The position numbers and the translations under genes are program-made. A DNA stretch of 64,000 nucleotides, taken from the NCBI GenBank assembly GCA_000165425.1, contig CT868219.1:314728-378727 (forward strand). Reading direction: 5' to 3'. The notes under the pieces were generated by a model. The model made no database searches. It was not told the DNA's origin and worked only from the letters and a program-made list of their open reading frames with translations. Shown one piece after another: positions 34,020 through 46,610 of this stretch; the first letter of the stretch is position 1; every line of letters starts with the position of its first letter. Source of the DNA: Paramecium tetraurelia. Its lineage: Eukaryota.

Positions 34020-35172
34020 TCATTCTGCACTTTTTTCGGTAGAAGCTGCTACGATTGGAGCAACTGAGTATGCTTCTAATTGTAATTAGTTTTGTCCTAA
34101 AAATATAACTAATTTGAATACCAACAGCAACATAGGCTAATCCTTTCAATCCCCAACTGTCTCCCCAAGAATTTTCAATGACCCAATAGTTGACTCCGTC
34201 TTATTTACCCCAACCAATAACTTTGACTGCATGTCCATATTGGAATCTAATTATTTAATAGATAAGTATACTTTGAACTTCCTTCGACAACTTCATAGAC
34301 TCCTCCTTTGTAAACAAGGAAATCTTTGAAGACTTAGATGACAGCAACAATTGGACCATTGTTCAATATTTCTCTTTTGATGTTTTCCTCACCTGAGACA
34401 ACACAGTAATCATGGATCTTATATTTTTCACAATTTGAGAAAAGAGCATCACAATTGTTTTTGGCATCTTCTGTTCCACTGTATGGTAAACATGAGGTTG
34501 AAACAAATCCTTGTTTCTTACCAACTTCCAAGACTCTTGTTACACTACCTCCTCCACATTTGTAGTTCTTGTCATCACATGAGATTGGGGATTATGGTGA
34601 CAATTGGTCTTAGAATTCTCCATTCTTTGATTTGCATAATCTATCACTTGTGGCTGATACTGCAGCAATTGAATAACTGGATGAGCAATTTCCTATACAT
34701 ATTTACAATTATTAATACCCTAGAAGTAGATTGGTTATGCACATTCTGGTTAGGCTTCTCTGAAATTGTAGCTCTCTGGAATTATGACACCGCTTTCAGG
34801 GCATTGTTAGATTTTTCCTTTGAATGTTAAATGATTGTTGAAAATGAATTTGGCATCACTGAATTTCCAATCTTTGAAGAAATCATTTGGACCTTAGAGG
34901 TAGGATCCTAAAGAATTGTGTGCAGCTATTTCCTCTTCATCTATTACAGGAGCTGTCGTTAATTTCTTGCTAGATCGTGTCAAAATGGAAAACAAAGCAT
35001 AGACACAAACAAATCCGAATGCTCCTATGACCAAATGATAGGCGTATTTATCGAAAAAGCTTGGCTATGTTTGGTTACGTCTTTTCATAGCTTAAGCTGC
35101 TTTCTCTCTTTAGGCTACCTTTTCTGGAGATTAGGGAGAGGGACTTCTCTATCTTTGAGACACTTAACTCAT
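34020..35172 (-). CDS. Papain-family (C1A) cathepsin B/C-like protein, catalytic Cys replaced by Ser, N-terminal membrane anchor
   Basis: IPESYNFRE, QGNCSSSYSIAAVSATSDRLC, LSPQSPISCD..CGGG, EILNNGPIVA, GHAVKVIGWG, YWVIENSWGDSWG; TM segment YHLVIGAFGFVCVYALFSIL; three introns. Confidence 0.9.
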
Positions 35173-35246
35173 GTATTAATTTAATTATTCAACACGTTTT
35201 ATTAATTAAATTATATATATACTTTAAAATAACATATTTAATTAAG

Positions 35247-36346
35247 TCATAAGAAGAATGCATGCTCTAGGGCTTAACGTGCATTTATTCTTAATTTCTA
35301 TGCAAATTAGATTAAATAAATACGTGATCATAAACAAAGATCTTTTCCAACAGATCAATCGCATCTTTGGTTGCCCATCTCTTGTTCTTTTTATTCACCA
35401 ATTACTTGAAATCTATTCTCTCTTCAACTTAAGGAATATCTTACAAACGTAATTTAATATGATATTTTTTCAGATATTCATATAAATCCTTCTTTCCCAA
35501 TTTCTAAATTATTTGTCTTAATTAATCTTTTAGATCCTTCCCTTTAAACAAGGGATCAGTCTTGAATATAAAATCAGCCAACATGCATCCAACAGCCCAA
35601 ACATCAATTGAGTAATCATATTTCCTATATTTCAATAATAGCTCTGGTGCTTTATAGTATCTAGTACCCATTCTGACGGATAAAATTTTTCCACTGTCAT
35701 AAAATTGACTTAAACCCCAATCTATTAATATAATATTATCATTTTGATCTACAAGTACATTTTCAACTTTAATATCCCTATGCATTATATGTAAATCATG
35801 AGCCTAAACAAGGGCACTGAATATTTACTTAAAGTATTTTTTTACTTATTTTAAAGTGTACCTTCTTTTTTTAAGGATATGATATAAATTACGAGTTGTA
35901 TTTTGGTAAGTAAATATTATAGTGGTATCAAGAGAATCATTATGATGGGGGGGATCTTATTTAGCTTATATTGCTTAAGTCTCCTTATTTAAGAGTTATT
36001 AGTAATAGTCAGCCTATTCAACTTAATGTCCCTTGATAGCATCTATCATTTGAACGATATTGGGCAAACCTATTAAGGCTTACAGAATTTATATCTCTTG
36101 ATTGATATCGCTCTCTCTGGTGTCATTGATGTGTTTTAAAACAACCAGCTCTTAATCTTGAATTCTTTATGCTAAGTAAACCTTAGAAAAGGCACCTTCT
36201 CCTATCACTTATTTTAATTCATAATCAAAAATGTTTCCAGAATTGTAATCCAATATTTAATTGACTTCATCAGAATTGAGTTATTATTATTATTGATATG
36301 TAAAAGCAAAGATTTGAAGTGGCATGAGAAGGAAAAACAAGATCAT
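35247..36346 (-). CDS. Casein kinase 2 alpha-like protein kinase with N-terminal signal peptide
   Basis: GEGAFSKV, VVLK, IMHRDIKVENV, LIDWGLSQFY, VRMGTRYYKAPELL, YDYSIDVWAVGCMLA; one 26-nt intron gives 357 aa; N-terminus MILFFLLMPLQIFA. Confidence 0.88.
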
Positions 36347-36704
36347 AATAAAAAAACGTATTTTTTTAAATATTGCTTAAAAACCAAAATAAATTCACAA
36401 TATTTTAGAATCACTCTATTCTTTATTACAAAGTGGGCAAGTATTACTTTATTTCAATCATCCGTCAATTCAAATTTTATGTAATCCATGATCACATAAT
36501 CTTTGGACTATTTTACACTAAAGGAGTAAATTCAGAATTTTTATAACTCTTCTAAAATTTGATTGGCTTCACACACCAAACATTTTCCAAGAGACTTTAT
36601 TTATCAATAGCGCATCTATCTTCTTTAATATATTATGTCCAAACTCAAGCAGCTTGCAAAGATTTGATTTCTATGCTATTATCTATTCCATTAATTAAAA
36701 TAAT

Positions 36705-37792
36705 ATGAAAAATAGTGAGAATCTATAGAGCTACGCAGTTGAAAAAAGAATTGGAGAAGGTGCATTTGCAATAGTGTAAATCTCAGATCATATGAAAGAT
36801 ATTTAGCTTAGGTACAAGAGAGTGGAGAGAAAGTTGCAATAAAAAAAGCTCCAATAGACAAAAAATATAAAAACAGAGAGCTGGCGAACTTAAAATTACT
36901 TGGAGAACATCCAAACATTGTCGCCTTAAAAGATGCATTCTATGTTGTTGGTTAAAAGTACAAATTCTATACATTATATTCAACTTAGTGAGGAAGTCTA
37001 CATTAATTATGTGATGGAATATATGCCAGACAATTTATCTGATTATTTGAGAAATATGAAGAAGCAGAAACAATAGTTAACATAGATTCAATTACAGATC
37101 ATAACGTATCAACTATTGCGTGGTTTGGCCTTCATACATGGCAAGGGCATGGCACATAGAGACATCAAACCTCAGAACATTTTAATTGATGGAACAATCG
37201 TAAAATATTGTGATTTCGGATCTGCTAAAATCATTTCAGGTGGATAGATCAACACTTCCTATTTATGTTCCAGACATTATAGGGCACCTGAATTGATATT
37301 TGGAGCCACTGATTATTCTACGAGTATAGATATTTGGTCTTTGGGATGTGTCTTTGCTGAACTCATTTTATTGGAACCGCTATTTCCTGGTGAAAGTTCT
37401 GTTGATCAATTAGTGGAAATTATGAAGGTCTTAGGGACTCCAACAGCTACTGATATTGCAGAATTCAATGCATCTAATACAGATTTTAAATTTCCTTAGG
37501 TCAAAGGACATCCATGGTCTAAAGTCTTTTTAAAATATAAACCTGATCCCCAATTCATTGACTTAATTAAGAAGATGGTTACGTATTAATTTTCATCAAT
37601 GCTAGTTACTAACCTTAACAGAGAATCAAACCATTTATGGCTTTGATGCATCCATTCTTTAATGATCTGAGAGAGTTAAAGAATGAGGAGGTTCCGAATA
37701 AACTTTGGTAATTCACGCCTGAAGAGGAGAACATTTTTGGAAAACAGCCATTAAAACATTTGATGCCATCATGGTGGAAAGGTGGAAGATGA
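36705..37792 (+). CDS. GSK3: Glycogen synthase kinase 3 / shaggy-like kinase
   Basis: [92 protein letters not shown]. Confidence 0.92.
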
Positions 37793-37877
37793 TAATGATT
37801 ATTTTAATACTGTAAAAAACAAATCTCTTTCAATTAATTGAAATTATTTTGTTATTAAAGAATTAATTATTATTTTC

Positions 37878-38517
37878 ATGGATCAACAAATTAAGAAAGT
37901 GTTTCATACGGCTTTGGTCTTAGTTCCTCCAAAGCAATGTATAGATTAAATATAACTCCTAAGGAAACAATACGATAAAGCGTACGAAAGATGGATGCCT
38001 CATGTCAATTTGTGTTTTCCATTTGCAGATCCTGCTTAATTTTAATAAGTTTTCCAAGCACTTTAAAATCATCTGAGTAAGAAAATATAACATTTCAAAC
38101 TAGAGGACTTTCCTGCTTTTTAAGTTCGGTTAAGAGAATTTAATCATTTTCAACATGGCAAAAATTGTGTAATGTGGTTAAACCCAGAATCTGAGAATGA
38201 TGGAATCTAAAAGTTATACTAAGAAATCTTAAAGGTCTATCCCTAATTGGATGATCTAAATAAAAAATCAGAACATGGGTTTCAACCTCATATAACAATT
38301 GGATAGTTCGGAACAAATCAGATTGAATAGAGAAAAAAAGCATTCCAACCTTAATTTTAGGAAGTTCAATTTCAATGTTAAGAGATACACATGATTAGTA
38401 GGAATGGGTAAGATGACCCATTTTAAATAATTCATACCATCAAGTAAGTTAGTGATCTGATCATTTAGATTCAAGACTGAGAATCCATAAGCTTATGAAT
38501 ATCCAGGTCAAAAATGA
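37878..38517 (+). CDS. 2H phosphoesterase / 2'-5' RNA ligase superfamily protein (LENG9-like)
   Basis: HTALVLVPP, IQLLRKQYDKAYERWMPHVNLCFPF and FQPHITIGQF, i.e. two H-x-[T/N] motifs; two introns. Confidence 0.85.
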
Positions 38518-38539
38518 ATATAAATAATTATTATATTAT

Positions 38540-39537
38540 ATGTAAGGGTCTGAGATTTTAATTGCTCAAGCACAGCATAAAACTGAATTAGTTCATCAGT
38601 TGTAGGAGCAAGCTTATGAAACAGAATAAAAATAATTGGATAACAATCTAGTGACAAAGGCAATTGAGTACATTTTGGAGAACCCTCATTTTGGCTTTTT
38701 TTTAATTTATACCGAAAATCATCACGTCTTCGGGTAGATCCTGATGACCAAAGAATACAACATCTACTCTGGATTAACTTGCTGGTTTCAATCTGTAATA
38801 TTATGAATTCAACCATTTTAGGTTTACGTGAAGAAGGATCATAGAATGAAGGGAATATTTAAGTAAATGTACAAGGAATTTATGAAATATGCAGCAAAGG
38901 AGAAAGCAGGGACAAAATTATATGTAGAAGTTGAGAATAAGAATGCCATCAAAGTATATGAGAAATTGGGAATGATTAAAACAGAGGAAACCATATTTGA
39001 AGATGATTTCGTATTTCATCCTGTTAAGTAAGTCAAATTGCTTATCAAATTAGAATTATTAATCTTGGTTAAGATTGTGTAACAAGGACTTCAAGCAACA
39101 AAAAGGAATTAGAGGACTTATTAAAGAAAGGAAAAAGTATCTTAGGGAATGACTTAACTCAATAATTGTAAATTGAGAATTGTTTAAATAATAACAAAAA
39201 TGCATTTATAATAACAGAGAGTTCAACAGACTATCTGATAGGACTATATTTCATCGAATTTAGTGATTGGAGAAATGGAGTATTAATTAATTAATAAAAT
39301 TAGATAATTCTATGGTTTTACGATTTTGTAAGTTCAACTTATAATAATGGAATTATTAGTATAATGATGAGCAATATGCTGAATTCGATTAAGCATAAAT
39401 AGGTTAAGTTTAATCCTGAAGTGAAAGGAATTAGAATACTTGTAGACAGATCTAAAGGTTAGCGGTTAGAGTAATTATTGGAAGTCATTGGTCTAAAGGA
39501 GTCACACTATTATATATATTATTAAAAAAGTGATTGA
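38540..39537 (+). CDS. Tandem GNAT N-acetyltransferase
   Basis: Domain 1: AYETE..LD, WFQSVYVKKDHRMKGIF, KLYVEVENKNAIKVYEKLGM. Domain 2: EFSDWRNG..W, VKGIRILVD, GLKESHYYIY. Three introns. Confidence 0.85.
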
Positions 39538-39622
39538 AATGAGCAAGTATTTTAAATAAATAAAGTAACATGATTTCCATAATCAATTATTTAAGAAATT
39601 TAATTCGAATTTATTATTAAAA

Positions 39623-41567
39623 ATGTCAGAATAACAAAAGAACTTGGAACCTCCTCAAGAATAACCAGATCAAGAACAATCACTCTTGTAACAAGCTCTA
39701 GAGAATAGATAGGTTTTTGATTCGGAAATTTAATAATAAATTCAGAAAGATGCTTTTGACTTTAAGATGGAAGTCAATAATAAAGAAGAAGACTTAGGAA
39801 TGATGAAGAGAGATATAATCAAGAAGAGGAAGAAGAGGGAAAAGAAAGAGAAATTGATATCTGCAAGAAGATTAAAACGATTGCTGAAAAAGAAACCTGT
39901 TGATAAGATTAGATTAGTTTACTAAGCTTATTTCTTTATAGTTAGTATTACCGTACTCACCCTAAGTATATTGTCATACAGAGATCAAACAGTTTATGAA
40001 GGAGATTATCAGTAATTCGTTGACAATGTTAATTCCTATGTAATTGATGATATTCAATTCACATATACTAATAAAAATTGCAAAACTCAGTTCGGAAGTC
40101 AAGTATGCAATTTTTCATATCATAGTATTCGTCCCTTTATGAATACCATTGGCCAGGTACTAAGATTGGATGTGATTGTAGTAAAGGATTTAATTTCTCT
40201 TCATTAACAGAATTTAATATTGATGCGTTTTTCAGTGAATCCTTTATGCTTGGCCGTATTTGCAGTTAAGACTTGCTCTCTAAGAATTGTAATACAGTGA
40301 ACGAACAGCAACCTAAAATCTTTAACTCATGGAATGATGGATCATATGGAAGACGTACTGTCATGCTTCAATTTTATTAGCCTTTGTATTGTGTGCCAGA
40401 AGATAACTTGGAATTGATTTACAATCTAACTAAACCAATTGTCAATCCGATCATAAAGTCTGTGGAACTGGTGATAATTCATTTTGCGTCCCCTCCGATA
40501 TCAGTTGTCCTATATCAGAAATTGGATTTACTACAAATTCAAATTATTAAAATTTATCATTAAAAAACGATACAAATATAGGGAATATTTTTGATTTGGG
40601 ATCAGGATTCTATTTTTATTATATCAAAAACACTTCAAGTTTACCAATTGTAGAATTTAGAGTTACTGAAGGAGACAAGGTATGTAGAAGGAATTTAGAT
40701 CAAAATATTTCACCAAACCGAATAGATTATCCTTTAATGGTATCAATGAGAAAATAATGCGAAAATACTGACTAACTCTTCTAAGTAATCCATTCTATCG
40801 ATGAAGAGTAATTTTATCTTTCCAATAATGTAATTTATTTATCTGAAAAATTACCTTATTTTAACATTGATACCAAATATAATTGGACACTTCATGCTAA
40901 AACTTTTATTCCTTGGGCACCTCAATGTCGAGGAGAGTTATTTGATTAGGTTCTACAAGAAGGAGCTAATTTGCATCATGTTTACATATCTTTAAGAGTT
41001 TAACTAGGAGTTACTATTGCCTATTTTATTGTTATTGGCCTTATTTTTAATGTTGTTGGAACGATGACTGCTTGCAACTTTGCTTGGTCTTGTATGGCAA
41101 GTAATAAATTATTATTTATCATTATAGCTAGGCCTGATTCATAATATAATTATATTTTCCTAATTGAAGTTGGATTCAAAATACTATTATAAATAACTGA
41201 GATAATTGTTATAATAGTCTCTTTTGCTATCATAGATGGCAAAAGAAAGATAATTAAATAAATTAATGATGATGGATGTGTATCTGATCCTGTTAGTGGC
41301 TATTTCTTTACTAATTTGGAAAGCGATTTAACTAAATTTGCTTGGTCTTACAATCTAGCCAATTTAGTGATATTCACAGTTACTCTTATTCTTGATCTAA
41401 TCATAATTAAACACTCAATTAATTAAGGACATCATCATGGAGCAAAAAAACACCATGAAAAAGGAGAGCATTAAGAATTAGATGTTGGATCAAATGGTGA
41501 ATCAGGAAATTAGTAAGAAATTAAAAGTGATGTAAAACTCTAAGCTAAGTCAGAGCCTCAAGTATGA
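39623..41567 (+). CDS. Multi-pass membrane protein with large Cys-containing extracellular loop (WPGT..GC.C type)
   Basis: TM AYFFIVSITVLTLSILSY, luminal YHWPGTKIGCDC, three further hydrophobic segments near the C-terminus; short introns. Confidence 0.75.
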
Positions 41568-42629
41568 AATTATTTAACATCAAAATTATTATTAATTAAT
41601 TTCTAATTATCTATTTGTCAACATTAAATATTATTTTTGTTATATATTTTTGTTTATTAATATTATCAGTTATCTCATTTCTCGTGCTAAATATTCAAAT
41701 AATTCCTATTTGTCATTAAAACAAATTAGGTTGCATTAGTAAAAATTATCAGACTATATTCAAAATATAATAAGTTTTAATGAAAATATGCTTTGCTAAA
41801 ATTTATTGAAAAGAAGGTTTAAAGGTTAATAACTCAATTTCTATTATAGACATCAATAGTTACATGTTTTACAAGCAATAATTATGTATTTTTATGACCT
41901 ATTTATTTTGGTTTATTATTCGACAAAAATTGTTACTCAAGACTGAAGTTGATTAAATTTCAAAATTTAATTTCATAAACTAAAAATGATGTTACCAATA
42001 AAATAATTACTTTAAAAAGGTAGACTAATTTTTAGATAAGAAATAAATGACTTATTGTACAGATATGATAACAACTAGTTTGATAAATACAAAATTAATT
42101 CATTTACAAAATGATTTAAGGCAGATAATTTTAGTTTATTTATAATAAGCGAAATATTGAACATAATGTTCTGTTTTGATCCTTTCTGCTTTGGAACTAC
42201 AACAATATTTTAGATACAATCTTTATGTTTTCATAAGATTAATTATTTTGGCATAATAAATTATCATAAGAATTGTATTTAAGTGAATTAAATTAATTCA
42301 ACTTACATATAGAACTTTTAGATTTTTAGTTGAATAAAACCATAGAATATTTAAGATTGATAAATCTTAAAAGTACCTACTTAATGAATACCTAATAAGT
42401 GTGTATAATAAGGCGTTTGAATGCAAAATTGAAAATCATAGGAACCATATGCTCATAGCATAAGAGAAAGATCCAATATCTGATTGAGTGTGGAAAGAGT
42501 TATACTCCTTAGATGATGAGGGAACTCTAAGGCGCATGATGAAAAACAGGAAATGATATTGAACAAGAGATGAGTGATTTAGGATAATTAAATTTAAAAT
42601 TAGATTTAAAATTAATTAAAATACAATCA

Positions 42630-43249
42630 ATGCCTGCCAAAAAGAGAAGTGTGAGAATTGGTAATTGGTACAAAAGTGATGATGAGAAAGTCCATTTCGT
42701 TAGAAAGAGAAAAGTATTTTGAAATAAAATCAAAAAAGGCTCCAAGACCAGCTACATTGAGAAAGATTGTCCCCGGATAAGTGTTAATCTTGTTGTCTGG
42801 AAGATTCCAAGGAAAGAGAGTTGTATTCTTGAAGTAGCTCAAATCTGGATTGTTGCTTGTAACAGGTCCTTTCAAAATTAATGGTGTCCCTCTCAAGAGA
42901 GTCAACTCCGCTTATGTCATCCCAACATCCACTAAAGTTGATGTGACTGGAGTTAATGCCAACTAAATTAATGATGATTATTTCAAGAGAACTTAAGCTT
43001 AAAGACGTAAGAATGAATAAGGATTTTGGGCAAAGAGAGGAGAAGTAATTTAATATCCATATATATAATTAGCTCACAGTTGAATAATAAACAGCAGAAA
43101 AAACAAGATTGGATGGAAAGAGAAATACACAAAAATCAGTTGATGCTGCATTGATCACTGCAATTAAGAAAACATAATTATTGAAATAATATCTCGGTGC
43201 TCGTTTCACCATTGGAAAAACCACAAGACCTCACGAGTTAGTCTTTTGA
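42630..43249 (+). CDS. RPL6: 60S ribosomal protein eL6
   Basis: [57 protein letters not shown], ends RPHELVF; two introns. Confidence 0.96.
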
Positions 43250-44133
43250 TCATTACCAAGATATTATCGTACAATAATAAATATTATAAATCAATATATT
43301 AAATTCCACCTGTTTAATTATTTTTTACTCTCTCCTGTTAACTAATTACTTTATTCTCAATATGCTATCCCACATTTAAGATCTCCTCATATCCCCTAGA
43401 TACTTAATCTCTGGACTATTAATTAAATTAGTTATTTTTATGAGTTAGAGTAATAAATTACTATATTACAACTAATATTTGTATTTTTATAAGGATTTTA
43501 TAACTAATTTATTTATTTTATTTTAGAATTCACTACCTTTAGTTTATTTTCACTACTATATATTAGAACTCCAATTTATATCGTCATAACATCAAAGAAA
43601 AACTTAACAAATTTTCTCATATTAAGTATTGAGTTTTAGATGAATTATTTCAATGTTTATTACTTTATAATATATGTCTTGTTTTGTGATTATAGTAAAT
43701 CTATAGTTTCATTGTTAAGGCTAATTTCTATGTTACTTTTTTTAATGTTTATAACGTGTTATTAAATTACATATATCTAACTCTAAGAAAATAAAATATT
43801 TCTAGAATTTGAAATAATCCAAAGATTGCAACAACATAAATTATTAAAAAATTAAAGGATGGTTTTAATTTATCTGGCTTAATATTAGATTTTTGCATTT
43901 CCACAAATATATATTTTATATTTCCTAGATTGTCGATTCTTATTTTAAATTCTTAATTTTATACTTTTCTTGAATGAATTTTTAGAATAATTTCAACTAG
44001 GTTGTTAATAAAATTGAGTGACTATTAGGATTGATTACTTTATCTGCTAATAAATATACATTTATATGTAATATAAAGATTATATCCAATTTTACAAGAA
44101 TAGTTCATAAAATTTAATATGAATACTATAAAA

Positions 44134-45133
44134 TCATTAATATGCTGCAACAATCTGATTGAGACTTTCATTCACCTCGTAATCAATATTAAAAAACTAT
44201 TTTGGAACTTATTAAAATTTATTGATGGTTTTTGCCAATATATTCACATTACTGCTATGGTTACTTATCTAAGCAATTCCAGGATAGGCTTTCTCAAGAA
44301 TGCCCATGTAAGAAGGAACTTAGGTGATTTCTTAGACCCACTTGACCTATTCTAAATTGGGTTCTCCTCTTATAATTAATCCTGTTCTATTGAATTTTCC
44401 TTCCTAATAATTAATACCTCCAAAATTATTAGAAAAAGCATTAACATAAGTGTAATCAAAACCACATGACAAAAACTTTTAATCGTAGTCTAAAAATAGA
44501 TGTTAGGAGAATGTTGTCAAATCTAATTCTTTCTTATAAGATTGATTAATTGTAGCCAAACAAAAACTTAAGAATTATGAAATATTTCTTGGAGGATAGG
44601 ATGTATATTATTTATTGTCCAAAAATACACTTCCATTGATCTACAAGCACACCTCTGCAAATTCTTTCAGCATTTCATAGCATTTTAGTAAACTTAATTG
44701 CTAAGAATATGATATTTAATCTTCAATCAAATTCACAAAATAAAATGGAACAGTAGGTATCAATTATTATTATTCTTTGATGTAATCGTCGTAATTTTAA
44801 TTTGTTGTATTAATAACAAGGACTCCTTGTAGATTTTCACATTTCTCAACCATCTATCTGAATGAGGAAAACTATCAGATATATAAAATTACGTACATTC
44901 TATTTTGCATATATTTTCTTCTTTTGAAATTGTGAATCAGAATCAACGAATACAGTTTTAGGAACAAATTGGCCATTTTAAGTTTCATAATAAAATGATT
45001 TGGCTAAGAAATCTGATTCCTTGTTTAAGAGATTCAAATCCTGTATTAGATTTTCAGTGGCCAATTATTCTTGCAAATGATCTCCTATAATGCCCCCATT
45101 CCAACCCAAGTTGAGTATGATTATTTCCTTCAT
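44134..45133 (-). CDS. Highly divergent, shortened tubulin-like protein (324 aa)
   Basis: MKEIIILNLGWNGGIIG, FYYETQNGQFVPKTVFVD, RQMVEKCENLQGVLV, GKFNRTGLIIRGE, AQISNHS, ESLNQIVAAYQ; single 25-nt intron at 44872-44896. Confidence 0.8.
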
Positions 45134-45222
45134 TTCTTTATTTTATATATTAATGAATTAGTTAATTATATGAGACCAATAATTTGGAATAAATTATTAA
45201 AAGATTTATTTAGTATTTTGAA

Positions 45223-45758
45223 ATGGGAAAATTGTAAGCAATTGTAATATGGCTAGCTTGAAACCAGGTCGTTTAGTAGTTATGCTTGCCGGTAGATAAG
45301 CTGGAAAGAAGGCTATTTTGATTAAAGCAAATGAAGAATCAACTAAAGTAAATCAAATGTGGATTTATTTTAGGATGCAAAATTCCCTAATGGTTTAGTG
45401 GTTGGTATCTAGAGATATCCCAGAAAGGTAACCAAGAGAATGGGTTAAAAGCAAATCAGAAAGCGAACTACATTGAAGGTGTTCATTAAATAATTAAATC
45501 TTAATCACATTATGCCAACAAGGTAATGATTATATACAATTTTATTTTAGATATAGATTAGAGGAATCAACATTGAAGGAAGTCAGAGACAGAATTGAGA
45601 GAGTTAAGGAAGCTGAATTAAAGAATGTTGAAAAAAGAAAAGAATTGAGAAAGAATCTTAGAAAATACTTAGCTGAGAAATACAGAACATTACCAGCAGG
45701 TAGTTTGGCTGATAAGAAAGCTTAATCAAGATTCCTATTCTCAAAATTGAGATTCTGA
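45223..45758 (+). CDS. RPL27: 60S ribosomal protein eL27
   Basis: MGKFLKPGRLVVMLAGRQAGKKA, LVVGIQRYPRKVTKRMG, NLNHIMPTRY, ends FLFSKLRF; three introns. Confidence 0.96.
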
Positions 45759-46202
45759 TATAATAAAGTATAATATAAAATATATTTATTATTGTAATTC
45801 TTTATCTCATACATATATCTATTTAAATTATTTATTTTTCAATAAAAACATATGAACAATTATATTTTGATGAGTAATATGAAACTTAACCTTTATTTTC
45901 TAGTGTTTCTTGGATTTTCACTGAATCTACCTATTGAAGCAGATGTAACTCGAAAGGTAATTACAAGATTGTAAAAAAAATTAAAGCAAAAACACTCATA
46001 TATATTAGAAAAGTAGATAACATATTTCAAAGATTTTTGCTTTAAATATTAAATCAAAATTTTGAGTTGGTTCTGTAGTGATTTAAAGCAATTATCATTT
46101 TAAATTTTATGAAGATATTCATGAAGATCATATTCTTAAATGGGGGGGAAGATGAAAATCCAAAATTTGACTGATATTTAAAATAAAATATATTATACTT
46201 AT

Positions 46203-46439
46203 ATGAACCAAAAGTCAAAAAAGGTGCATGCGGATTCTCAAATAGAACTAAAATCTAAGAATCCTTAAAGATAGATACGCGTGGATACTTTTGGATAGCA
46301 AATTTTGAAAGGATAAAAAAATCATAAAATTGCATTCAAGGAACATATCAAAACAATTCACATAGTAGAAAATTGGAAATTGTACAATCTTGATCATGTG
46401 GATAAGGAAGATGATTCTTGTCCATGTTAATTAGTTTGA
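46203..46439 (+). CDS. Small protein (78 aa) with HKIAF motif and C-terminal CaaX-like CPCQLV
   Basis: RVDTFGQQILKGQKNHKIAFKEHIKTIHIVENWKLYN...DDSCPCQLV; homologous to 30683-30976; an in-frame upstream ATG at about 46152 is an alternative start. Confidence 0.75.
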
Positions 46440-46610
46440 GAAACTATTGATAGTTATTTTTTGATTTCAGTTGTTATTTGTTTTATAAAATGATGTTGCA
46501 TTGATATAAAAATTAGCAATAAATAAATATGTGAAGTTGATATTATCACGTAAATTCCTATTATGAGAATAAACAAATTAATTTCTTTAAATTGAGATAT
46601 TAATTAAAAT

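Noticed and set aside
34435..34830. 131-aa plus-strand track ORF
   Set aside because: Antisense to the cathepsin-like gene.
42527..42905. Minus-strand track ORFs
   Set aside because: Antisense to RPL6.
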